Source: Lama glama (taxonomy: Eukaryota). Taken from it: a stretch of DNA of 64,000 nucleotides. The stretch is taken from NCBI GenBank assembly GCA_028534125.1, contig CM052817.1, positions 22,756,001 through 22,820,000 of the forward strand. The letters are read 5' to 3'. Of the stretch, positions 53,001 to 64,000 are shown piece by piece. The notes under the pieces are model-generated. The model searched no databases. It worked only from the letters and a program-made list of their open reading frames with translations, and was not told the DNA's origin. Both the position numbers and the translations under genes were made by a program. Every line of letters starts with the position of its first letter. Within the stretch, counting starts at the first letter, position 1.

Positions 53001-54617
53001 AATGAAACAGAATATGAAATAATATGTTCCTGCAAACTATCATCTTTTCTAGTTCATTTTCAAGATCTTTGATATTTACATATGACCTTTCCATTTTTAT
53101 TAACAGTTTATTGGATTTTTGCATTCCAGCCAGTAGAAGAGAAAGGTAATTTACAGAAAGATTTGACAGTTATATACACAGCTATAAACTTCAGTCCATT
53201 AACTTATTTCTTGTGTAACCTTTAGACAATTCTACCAAAACATTCATATAAGCATATGCTTTTTCCCTTTATGCTAAAAAGCTCTCATTATAGAGCCCTA
53301 TTTATAGAATGTCAAATGAAAGAAAAAACATTCTAACATGTCTCTTTATGGTTTACAGATGTTTACAGCTCTAACTTTTTAAGGCACGTAAGTAAAAGTC
53401 AAAGATATTTTGGGGTTGCTTAGATTCTATGAGGTGTGAATGGATGTGTTTGACATCTATTATCTGATTAATTTATAATTATAGATTTGATAATGGCAAG
53501 ATTATTTTAATAAATCTACTTTAAATGGTGGCTCAGAATATTTGCATGTAACTCATTGCATTGTTTAAAGCAATACGTGTTATTTTTATACAAATTATAG
53601 GAAAATGATTTATGTTAAACATGATATCTGAGCTTTAAACTTTGCTAAGATATTTATCTAAAATGCAGTCATTTTGGTAGCTTCTTGAAAATCCGAAATT
53701 GATAGACTTCTGTATAAATATATAAGGACAAAATTGAATAACAAGAAAGTGGAAATGTTGCGTATTATTTGATTTTTGCACAGAATGGGTATGTTACTAA
53801 TTAAATATTAATATTTAAATACATGGCATAGCAATCTAAATGGATTTTAATACCATTACGCCCAGAGTCATTTCTTTATGATAAAAAGCACCATGGAGAA
53901 GTTGTAAAGTAATAATAAAAGGAATTAGAAGAGAAGAAAATATCCTTTTACATGAATCTTGTTTCATTATTCATAAAATACCACAACTTGGAGTGTTTTC
54001 TCCAACACAAGTGAATACTATATATTCATACTATGATGAATGCATGATATATTCATATCATCTTCACTATAGAAAAATAAAAAAAATTATGAAAACATAT
54101 GAGATGAATAAATGGAATTAATACTTTTACTAAAGTCTCAATTTGTCTGCATACTTTTGCAGGTAGGAAAGAAGGAATAAGTGAACTATACTGATGCAAC
54201 TTGAAAATTAATAAGTAGTTCAGTTAGAGTCCTTTGAGTTTTGCAGGCATGATACTAGGAATGTGAACACTGAGAAATCATTAACGATTATATCTTGATG
54301 GATTTCCACCAGGCCCATAAAGTGGGGATGAAATGCATAAGATAATAAATTATTTCCCAGAAAATTAGTTTAACCCAAGGCTTTCGGGAATTGTTATATA
54401 AACAGATTCCTATTTACATATTTATTTGTGCTTTAATAAAGAGTTACAGAGGGAAAAGCGTGTTAGACCAGCAATATTCCTGTGTTATATATTAAACAAT
54501 AATGCCAGTTGATCTTAAGAAACAGACATGAGAGACAAATTCACTCAACAAGGATTTTTCACTGTACTTCATCTCTTTTATTTTTTCTTGGCCTCTTAAG
54601 GAAATGGAAAAGTTCTA

Positions 54618-54636
54618 TAGTGCCATCTGGTGTGAA
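54618..54636 (-). promoter_or_regulatory. CTCF-binding motif (candidate)
   Basis: Minus strand TTCACACCAGATGGCACTA matches the CTCF core CCASYAGRKGGCRSY except at its first position. It lies in non-repeat DNA. Confidence 0.5.
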
Positions 54637-56036
54637 TTAAGGGAACATCTTCCTTCAAGCTGTGTCTGCTAGAATATTCCTCTAAGCAGAAAGCTCAGAG
54701 AGCTACAAAAAGCAATTCTTGAAAGATAAAAAGCACTTAACCAGTCTGATTATGTCACATACGTTTATGCTCACCTTTACCTTAGTACCTTTCTCGAGGG
54801 ATATTAAATTGGAATTTTTACAATGTTGTAAATGTATTAGCTTATACTTCAGTGTTAAAAAAAACTATTTGTGTATATCTGTGTGTATATATATATATAT
54901 AAAGGCAAAATATCAAATTTCTTAAGGTGCATAGCCAAGCTTTCTTTACACTTATTTAAATTGTCATTACTGCCATGCTAATTTGCAAGTACAAAATTAA
55001 TAGCAGTGGTCCCAGATTTTTTCTGCAAAGTCTGGCATTGTGTATGTATGTGCATGAGCATGTGAATATTTGAATTGCAAAAGTCAGGTGCAGACTTTCA
55101 TAAAATGCTACAAAGTTATGAATATTATTCTTTCTCCATCACACATCTCCTGTTCTTTTTATTTTATCATATAATTTTGACACATATATAATCTATACTT
55201 ATCTATTTCTATGATATCTACTGAAAACATAGCAAATTATTTTCCTCTGAATAACTTCATGCTATGCTGAAGTTTCCTTAATTTCTAATCTTTTACTCAT
55301 TTTACATTTTGCATACCATGCAAACGTTTTTGTCTTTTACTTGTCACTAGTTTTCTTATTGCCTCCTTAGTCAACTGAAGGCCAGTACTCTCTCTTTTAT
55401 ACCTTCTGTTACTTTCTTACACTGCATGCACTAATGTCCAAAATTATAGACTGAATACAGACTATGCAAACTCTAGAGCATTCTTTTAAAACTAGAATCC
55501 TGATTTCTGACTTTATTTTGATAGATACCACTAGGAAAAAAGTGTTCCTTAAAATATTATAGGACAGAAACTGACAAAAATCAGAGTTTCTCATATTTTA
55601 AAATATTTACAACAAAACACTATTTTTCTCCAAATATTATATTGCTAAATATTTTTGTGTGCAAACTACCTGAAATTCCATGACTGTTGGAGAAACTATA
55701 CAATAAGTGTTATGTATAGTACATTATTTCTGTGTGTGTGCTATGTATCTCTAAGAAAAATAATTTTCAGACAAGTTGACAAGGGGAAGGAGATCACTTT
55801 TTAAAGGCTCAATATGTCTTCAAAGTTAACAAATCTTTCTGGAAAGGCCCCTGTCCAGTCACTTTGAAAAAATGGACTGAACACTGAGAGCAGCATTAAT
55901 CACCATTGTGCCTTTCTCTAAATATAGAAAGAAACCACAATGGCGCATTTTAACATTGCTTAGGTAAACTCCATTTGAGGCTGGAAGTGCCACTGAATAA
56001 TTCTTAAAACATTAACCCTCACAAGCCATGTGGTTC

Positions 56037-56598
56037 TGTGAGGTAGTTAGATAAGTGGGGGCACCAGACAGATAGGTGGAGGAGAGGGAGATGGTCCAGA
56101 AGAAGCCATTGTGACTACCTCCAACATAAAGGGACTTTACTTCTTCTCAATTAGTACCAACAAGAAACCAGTTAGAATCCAACAGGCAGGACTGCTAAGT
56201 AGCAAAAAAGGACTTACCTGGACACAACCTTATGTTCACTGTATTATAGTTAACATTGCAGTTTGGGCCCCCTCCCATAGGCTTTTCTGTGTACATCATG
56301 AGTAAAAGAGCATGTGCAAAGGAGACGGGCACTCCAAAGCACTCAAGGGATGTACATAAACTGTCAATCAATCCCGAGAGCCCCTAAAGCCAGGATACCA
56401 GGCAGGAGAAACAAAGAAGTGTTGCCAACTTTTGCCTCTCTTGGGTTGGCCCGCCTTTAGTTCTCGAAAGTGTGCTATACTGACTTTTGCTCTACTAATA
56501 AAATCCTTTGTTTATATCACACTTTCAGTCTTCCACTTAAATTCTTTTTCTTAGATAGGACAGAGAATCGAGGTGTTTTTCTTCCCTCCCCATGGTCA
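56037..56598 (+). mobile_element. ERV1 (MER41-like) solo LTR, 562 bp, inserted in a MIR relic
   Basis: TG...CA termini, perfect 4-bp TSD GTTC (56033-56036 / 56599-56602), AATAAA at about 56497, and a U5 motif AAATTCTTTTTCTTAGA...AGAATCG. Confidence 0.85.
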
Positions 56599-57159
56599 GT
56601 TCCTCTATTAGTCCTGTAGAGAAACCTATTTAAATACTGAATATGTAAATAAACTAACAGTAACTGACTGAAATAAGGGGATGTATAAAAGGTACAAACT
56701 GCTTTGTTTTCTTTCTCTCAAAACCCATACCCTAATTATACAAACCAATTTGCAAACTCCAAACAAGTAGTAAATACCCCAAAACAAACACCATATAATT
56801 AGCTGTGATATATACTCTAAGGACTTGTGTCAGAAAAATCAAAAAACATGAGTTAGAGAAGTTAAGGAGAACTTTCCTAAAATGCTGATTTCTAAATTAG
56901 ATCTTGAATAAAGAGCTGAATTGGGAGACATTACAGAGGTCATTCAGACTTGTTAGGAATGGGGCACAGCTGACGCTAAGTCCTAAAGTTGGGCATGCAT
57001 AAAGAATATTCAGGAAATATGAGAGCTGCCTCTGTCACCAAAGTATTTCTGTAGGTATGTGCTACAGAGACACTTATACTGCAATGAGCTGCATCAGGAG
57101 AAACACCTGAGAGAGCACCCGTCACAGATGTGTGGTAGGAGGAGGCTGAATGCTGATTC

Positions 57160-57261
57160 TCAGAGCTAAAGCTATACTCACTGGCATCCAAAAGTGAGCT
57201 ACGGGGGCTATCAGAGCTAAAGCTATACTCAGTGGCATCCAAAAGTGAGCTACGGGGGCTA
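57160..57261 (+). repeat. 51-bp tandem duplication (2 copies, 1 mismatch)
   Basis: TCAGAGCTAAAGCTATACTCA(C/G)TGGCATCCAAAAGTGAGCTACGGGGGCTA occurs twice. Confidence 0.95.
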
Positions 57262-58699
57262 ATGGAACACAGACAATGGCCAGAAGTGTTACAACAGGCT
57301 CACTTATTAGGGATAACTAATCCCCGTTAACAAGTAGAGTCCTAGAGATCTTTATCATAGGGCCAAATCAGAACCAACCTTAGAAAACCAAGCCATGGAA
57401 CAATTACTTGAAGGCGCTATTTGACTCATCAATTCACATTCATATTAATACTCATTTAAAACCATCACTATATGCAAGTTGCAAGTTCTTGCCAAAGATG
57501 CTACTTTAGAAAATAATATGTATTCAAGTGCATATGTGATTGGCAGTGGTATTTCTCTGTTGAAGCTAGGTGTAAAACAATTATTTCTTAGTGTGTGATG
57601 ATACTATTTTATACAAGGATTTTTTTTTTTATGAGCGTAAGTTACTGGTTCAAGAAAAGGCTCTGAGGCATTTACATTTTGATACTAAGACCTAAAATTA
57701 AGACTGTGTTAATGTGGAAGGATGTACAGTCATTCACTTTAACGCACAGCATACTGTAAAACTTTGTCTCAATACATAGCAAGTGTGAATAATGAGGACA
57801 CAAGACTAGTGATGGGTCTGGCTGTGTATTTATCATTGTATTCATGAAATGAAAGTGTGCAACCTTGTTAGCAGTAAGGGTCTGAGCTGATATGAAAGAT
57901 ACTCATGATGCAGTACAAATTACATGCATATGGATATTAAAAAACAAAACCTGGTTCTTTGTCTTACTCAATCGATAAAATATTTGTCCTTAAGGGAAAT
58001 GTAATTCAGATATTTCCATGATGAAGTACTATGCTTCTCCGCAGTTCCTTTCTGATTGGGGATATAAAGGTGACAAGTGGCAACTCTTGAATCCTAGAGA
58101 GGCTCGTGCAGTATGTTTAGAATGATGGGGAAACTCTGAAAATATTCCACAGCAGCTTGGAATGTCAAAGCAGCAGAATTCACTTCAAATGCCCATTATA
58201 CGAAGAATATAACCTGAAATGACAGCTTCCTATAGAAGCTGGAAAACTTTAAACTTTTCATAACTCTCCTCTGGTCTATCCTTTCTGAAATAATTCAAGC
58301 CGGAGTTAGCCATCCAAGGAATCATTTATATTCTTGGACTCCCTCAGCGAATGCTCATGTATAATCAACCTAATTCCTAAGAACATTTTAAAGGCATAAT
58401 GATACTGAATATTTTAAACCAGATCCTAATACTGCACTGTGTTGTAATGTTATAGCACCTTTCAAATTAGATTCACGGGTCACTAAAACTCATTATTTAA
58501 AGATTAGAAGTCTCTGTCATAGATCAGCATTTTATAAATGAAGATATGCTATCAATCTAGACAAAGAAACTTACTTAAAATTATAGATCATTGCAAACCA
58601 AGAAGGAAGGAGCACTGAAGCTTTTAGAAATTATATCTGTCCTTCAAAATGTGTTTATTATGATGGATTACCTATTAAGCTTATTTTTTCTCCCCAAGT

Positions 58700-59040
58700 A
58701 GTGATTTCAAAACATTCCCACCTTTCACCAGCAATTTCATCTGTCACCCTTGACATGGTCAACTAGCTTTTGCTTCTCACCTCTCCAGCCTCATCTTGTG
58801 CCACTTTCTGTGTTTCTCCTGACTCTAGCCATTGCAGACTTCTTTTTATTCCTGGATCATACTATGCCTTGCCTCCGTATCATCTTTTCTTCCTGAAAAG
58901 CCAGCTCCCAAATACTACTTTGTAAATTGGGTATTAACTTTAATATCATTTTCCTGGAGGAATCTTCTTTTGGTCTTCCCCAAAACTAGGTTAGACAACC
59001 CCTGAAATGCTCTGAACTGCTGCTCTGAAAACACACATAC
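58700..59040 (+). mobile_element. L2 relic
   Basis: CACCTCTCCAGCCTCATCTTGTGCCAC...CTCTAGCCAT...ATCATTTTCCTGGAGGAATCTTC. Confidence 0.55.
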
Positions 59041-60289
59041 TCATTGTGGGTCTGTGATAAGCCTTTGGGTCACTGTGACTGGAGTAGAATTTAAGTTCTA
59101 TTAATACCAGATGTAGAAGGGTGTCATAGGTTACAGAGCTATCACAAAGACCACAAAAGTAACGATGCCATCTTTTTCAGATGTCCTTTCTCTACTGTTT
59201 CTGCTTTTGTTTCATGCTGGCAAGCTGAGGCAGAAAAAGACTTAGAATTGAGCAACAACTTCAGATTAAAAGATGGTTGACTATGTGTTTTCTTTGATGA
59301 AGCAGAGCCAACAGGGTCCTTCATTGGTACTCGAGACCCTCGTGGACCCATTTAAACTGTGGATGTTCCACAGAGCTCACTCCACACTAGATACGGAATC
59401 AAGAAAGCTGAAGGTACGTGTTGAGGTTTGTGTAAGCAACATCCCACTTCCGTGTCTGATGTTGCGACACTTGGGAGATAGTTGTCGAAGTTAGACAAAA
59501 GGAGATACAATAGCGCTTTCTTTATTAATAAAGCTTTTTGATGAGTGCAGATTTGGCACTGAGCCAAGGGCACTTGCTAATACTTCACCAATGAACATGG
59601 CAAATTTAACTACCCAGACAAAAGCAAATGGTCCAATTTAAGGCTGGCCACAAGAACAGGGCTTGTACTGGCTAAGCTTAACAAGAGTCAAGAACTGATG
59701 GGAAAGCATGCTGCTTCCAGGAAGACTTATATCAAAGAAATCTAGGGGTTTTGAGTCACACATGCTTAGTTTTTGCCTGAACTTTTCAGTCAGAATCCTT
59801 TCCCGTAGGGAAACTGAGTAAGGAAACACAAATGTTAACTGTAGGGCTCACTTCTTTACGGAAACATGAAAGGGATCAAGTTTCAAATCACAATAGAAAT
59901 AACCTTACTAGGTAGCTCAAGAATCAGAACCCACGTTAAATCACAGCCTTGTCTCATTTTAATGCCTCTTTTTGGCTCTATTAATTAATGGCTAATTAGG
60001 TCGGGTTGAAGAATTTTCTGTACTTTTACTTGAACACCTTGGCATTAGTATTTAAAATGGAACATGCTGAGTTGGAACTACTTACTTCCTCTTGAAATCC
60101 TTGTTTTCTCCTGTAAAAATTTGTAGAAAGAACTGTATACTGCCAGTGCATTTCTTACTACCTTTTATTAGGTGGGGATCTATTTGATCGCATTCACACT
60201 CCAGGTTTAGTTCTTTTGTATTGCGTCTTTTAACCATTGTCAATTTTCTAGCTTCACACCCCATGATGCTCAGTTAACTAGTTTCTTCC

Positions 60290-60362
60290 ATCCTCTTTTC
60301 CCCCCTCTCTTTCTCCTTTCCTCCCTTCCTTTCTCCTTTCCTTCCTTCCTTCCATCTTTCCA
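60290..60362. repeat. CT-rich polypyrimidine tract
   Basis: Read directly from the sequence. Confidence 0.8.
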
Positions 60363-60539
60363 CTCACTTTTTTTTATCAATATTTAAATTAAAAAAAACC
60401 TTTTATAACACACCCTTTATGTCTTTAAAAGGGCAATATATTGATCTATATACCAACTCTGGTCTCCCCTCTCTTCCTCAAAGTACATTGTGTATTCCCC
60501 AAAGCCATCAGCTTCAAAATAATCACATCAATTATAATA

Positions 60540-60710
60540 TATGAGAGTTAAAAAGTATTTCAGAGACCGCCTAGTCTGATTTATTATTTTACAAATGTGA
60601 AATTGAGGCACAAAGAATCAAATGGCTTGTTCGAAGCAACTTGGGTGTTTAGCTAGGTGTTGCTAGAACATGCAACTAACTAGAATATACTAGGATGATT
60701 TCCTTTTTTT
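60540..60710 (-). mobile_element. MIR relic
   Basis: ATTTTACAAATGTGAAATTGAGGCACAAAGA...AATGGCTTGTTCGAAG. Confidence 0.65.
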
Positions 60711-61639
60711 GTAATTCTAGATGTATTCTAAACACTCACCAATACTAAAGTACAATCTGTCCACATCATCTTAAGTGCTACTTCCTTTGGGAAACTCTTC
60801 ACAAACTGAGTAAAATAAACTCTGAAATTTTCCACTGCTTAAATATCAACTAAGAACATTTTCAGGTCTGCTAAAACATAGTTTTGGGTGCTTATATCCA
60901 AACACTCCTCTTTATGCGGCTCCAAAACCACACTTCAAACATGAAGATTCTTGGTTCTAACCAGACATTATGGCTGAGTTGTGCTGTTCTAAATCCCATA
61001 TCTTTTTGGTACAAATTAAATGAGATTCTGCATGGAATTTATTTTGCAGAACTGTATTTCCTAAAACTAGATTCTTGTATTGAATTACACGTTCCCTTGC
61101 CAAGAAGCCGTCCCTCTACAAAGCTCTGGCTATTTTGTTCCCTGTTGTTGTTGTTTTCTTGGAGAAGAGGGGAATGGGTGGCTTCTAAAAATGCCATTGA
61201 CCACTGATTACTTTACTTATCTGAACTGGGTCACCTGCATGGCTTTATGTATCATATCTACAATATTTCATATTATAAACTAGGTGATAACAGCATGGCC
61301 CATATCCTCAGTGTTCATATTGTTATGTATAAATTTTTTTTACTAGACACATAGAATTATATCCTTCAAGACAAGCCTTCTTAGAAGACAGCTTTTATAC
61401 ATTTGAAAATATAAAATTAGAACCACCAAACTAGTCAAACAGTTGGTACCTGGCACTTCCTGGCCCAGCACACTTTCCTGTCCTCATCTCCACAGGCACA
61501 GAACTCTACATCTCCCGTAAGCTGTGATCTGGAATTAGCAGCAGGTGATATGTAAGAACTATAAGGCACGGCTTTGGCCCACAAGGTGCTTCTAGTCTTA
61601 CTAGGTAACAAAATGAGTACTTGCTAAATAAAAACACAT

Positions 61640-63570
61640 AATCTTACCACCATTCTATGCCAGTTACTACCCAATTCTGTTTCCATTCATAACAAAACAC
61701 CTCTGTAAAGTAGTCAAAAACTCAACTGTCTGCAATTTTAATTCCCGTTCTTTCCCGAGCCTTCTCATTGGTACTTTTTCCCAACCTTCCCACAGACAGT
61801 GCTCTTGCCAAGTTTATTAATGCCACCAGTGTTGCTTAGTTCAACGATCAAGTCCAAGTCCTTGAAGTCTTTATCATTAGTAGTTGACTCAGCTGACTGA
61901 TTGCTCCTTTACCCCAGAAACACTTTCTTCAACTGGCTTCCAGGATTACTTTCCTGGTATATATTATCTAACTATATTCTCCTTGTTTCCACTTCCATCA
62001 TTGTCCCCTCTCGGTGTCCTTCCTTGTTCCTTCTTATCTTCTCGATTGTTTATTTATTGGGGTATTCCAGGGCTCAGATCTAGTATCTCTTCTGTAATTG
62101 CACACTTACTTTCTTCTTGAATTCATTCAATCACATACCTTTAAATGCTACCTGTATGCTAAGGCTAATGGTTCCCAAAGTGATAGCTCCCACACGGACG
62201 TCTCCTTTCATTTTCTAGACTCTAATGTTCAACAGATGATTAATGATTGATTTATTCAAGAAATATTTTTCTCTACTTGAATCACTAACAAACCTCCCAA
62301 ATTTAACGTCTAAAATCAAATATTGGATTCCACTTCCTTCCCCCTAGCAAGCCCCTCTCATGATCTACTTGAACTCAGTGGCAACTCCAATATTTCTCAA
62401 GACAAAAATCTTGGAATTACCCTTGGCTCCCCTCTGTCTTTTATAGTTTACATGCAAGTAGTCAGCAAAATCTGTGATCCTTACCTTCAAAAATTATCTA
62501 GAAACAAATCACTTTTCACCACTACAATCTTGGTTCAAAATGCCATCGCTTCTCACTGTTTCACTGAGGATAAAGTTCAAAGTTCTAATGACGACAACAA
62601 ACAAGGTCTTACACAATCTGAAGCCCTGTGACATTTCTAATTTTGTTTCTTATTAGTCTCCCCTTTGCTCACTCCAGCACAGTCCCATTTCATGGCTTTT
62701 ATACTTGATGTTTCCTCTGCCTGTAACCAAGGATGACTTTATGGTGTGCATCCAGTGCAGTTCCACAAAACCCCACGTTCGGAAGAAAGCCTCTGGTGTG
62801 TGGTTTAGTGCTTTACAGCCACACATTGGAACTCATTAATGATTTTATCATTGAATATGTGCTCGTTATAAATAAAGTCTAATGGGAATATGATGCATAT
62901 GTCATGGACTTGGAGTCTTAGCTCATGTGAGGTCCTTCCTCCCACCTCCTCTCTGTTGGCTGGGAATCAATTCTCAAACACCCACTCCTCTGTCCCCACC
63001 CAGCAACCACTGCCACCTTCTGATGCCCATGGAGGCTTAGATGTGGATATGAGGTAAGTCAGGACACAAAGGCAAGAGGCTGGGCTCAGGAGGGTCTGCT
63101 CTTGCTCAGCAAGTATCCCATGCCCAAAGGACTGTGGCATTAAACAGCAAATAAAACCTGCGGCAAGCTGAGACACATCATGGGAAAAAAGGAAAAGCTT
63201 CTCTCATGCTTTCTCAGCAAGAGGCCCTCACTTTCACCTTACACTGCTCCTTACAGATAAGTAGCCAGTGCTGCTTATGACACTGTGGCCCCAGAAATCC
63301 ACACAGGAAACTCGCTCACCTTCTTCAGCTCTCTGCTCAAGAAAGAGCTTCACATTAAGGTTGTGAATGACCACCCTTATGAGAATCAAAACCCCTTCCA
63401 AACACACTTCAGCCCCAGGGACTCATCCATTCCTTTCATTTTTCTCAGGGTTATTTGTTCTTATCTAGCACACTCTGTAGTTTATTTCTCTATTTATTTT
63501 TGTTGTTGTACTTCCCTTCACTACAATATGAACCCTAGGAATTAAAGGTTTATTCAGTTGTGTTAGTTTG
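61640..63570 (+). mobile_element. Long L2a fragment (ORF2 end and 3' region), split by MER45
   Basis: GCTCTTGCCAAG...GAAACACTTTCTTCAACTGGCTTCCAGGA...CAAAAATCTTGGAATTACCCTTG...GTTTCCTCTGCCTG, resuming after 63281. Confidence 0.8.
62728..63273 (+). mobile_element. MER45B/C-like hAT-Tip100 DNA transposon
   Basis: Starts CAAGGATGACTTTATGG...GTGCAGTTCCACA and ends CAAGAGGCCCTCACTTTCACCTTACACTG...GTAGCCAGTGCTG. Degenerate 8-bp TSD CCTGTAAC / CTTATGAC. Confidence 0.75.
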
Positions 63571-63606
63571 AAAATAATCATATGTTAGTGGAATTTGGCT
63601 ACCATG

Positions 63607-63926
63607 TGTAGAGAAACTTCCATTAAATCGAGTTGGGAGACCAGAAGGGGGAGCTCTCACACTCTGTGATGATAGCAGAGCCCAATGGGAAGAAGGAAGC
63701 CTCCTCTTTTTCTCTCTGGCAAGGACTCAGCTAGTGGAAAGCCATGGGCTCTGTTTACGGCAGCCCTCCCAACTTCCTTTCCTCTCTATAAAACTGCCCC
63801 TTCCAGCTTGGTGGCTTGCACATGGCCTGCTTGCCATGGCTGCAGACGCTGAATTGCAATTCTTTGCTGATCCCAAATAAGCCAGTCTTTGCTGGACGAG
63901 TATCTGACAGTCTATTTAAGCCACCA
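63607..63926 (+). mobile_element. ERV1 5' LTR of a provirus continuing past the window end
   Basis: TGTAGAG...CCACCA termini, TATAAAA at 63787, and a degenerate poly(A) signal AATAAG, immediately followed by a PBS. Confidence 0.8.
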
Positions 63927-63929
63927 TTT

Positions 63930-63948
63930 TGGTGGCCCATATAGGGGA
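63930..63948 (+). promoter_or_regulatory. Retroviral primer-binding site, tRNA-Ile(AAT)-like
   Basis: TGGTGGCCCATATAGGGGA versus the reverse complement of the tRNA-Ile(AAT) 3' end, TGGTGGCCCGTACGGGGA. The differences are mostly at CpG positions. Confidence 0.75.
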
Positions 63949-64000
63949 CCACAGAAGACTCCTGATGGCTCCAGGACTGGTGAGCAAATAGGTGATCTAC

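Noticed and set aside
58043..58108. 66-nt plus-strand exon-like segment (FLSDWGYKGDKWQLLNPREARA), overlapping ATTGG and TATAAA motifs
   Set aside because: It is short enough to occur by chance, the CCAAT-TATA spacing is too close for a promoter, and there is no homology.

Overview
This is mammalian, AT-rich, repeat-dense, non-coding DNA (intergenic or deep intronic), with one 500-N assembly gap at 24248-24747. Two tRNA-Ala-derived SINEs of the camelid Vic-1 type point to a camelid genome (alpaca, llama or camel). Much of the window is recognisable transposable elements. These include old L1M fragments, a cetartiodactyl-type L1 with a decayed ORF1, and a TSD-bounded L1MA9-like element with two large internal deletions. 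There are also L2 and MIR relics, several MaLR/ERVL LTRs, two ERV1 solo LTRs with perfect 4-bp TSDs, the 5' end of an ERV1 provirus with a tRNA-Ile PBS, and hAT/Tc2 DNA transposons. I cannot identify any protein-coding or RNA gene with confidence, and no CRISPR or prokaryotic features are present. The listed ORFs are TE-derived, low-complexity or chance ORFs. The most notable structure is two apparent templated (non-TPRT) insertions: about 1.3 kb of unique 3'-UTR-like DNA splitting an MLT1A LTR, and a 106-bp near-perfect local copy pasted 1.7 kb downstream of its source. There is also a good CTCF motif and a few speculative minus-strand exon candidates. TE family names come from recalled consensus sequences and need RepeatMasker/Dfam confirmation. 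I found no convincing novel biological system.
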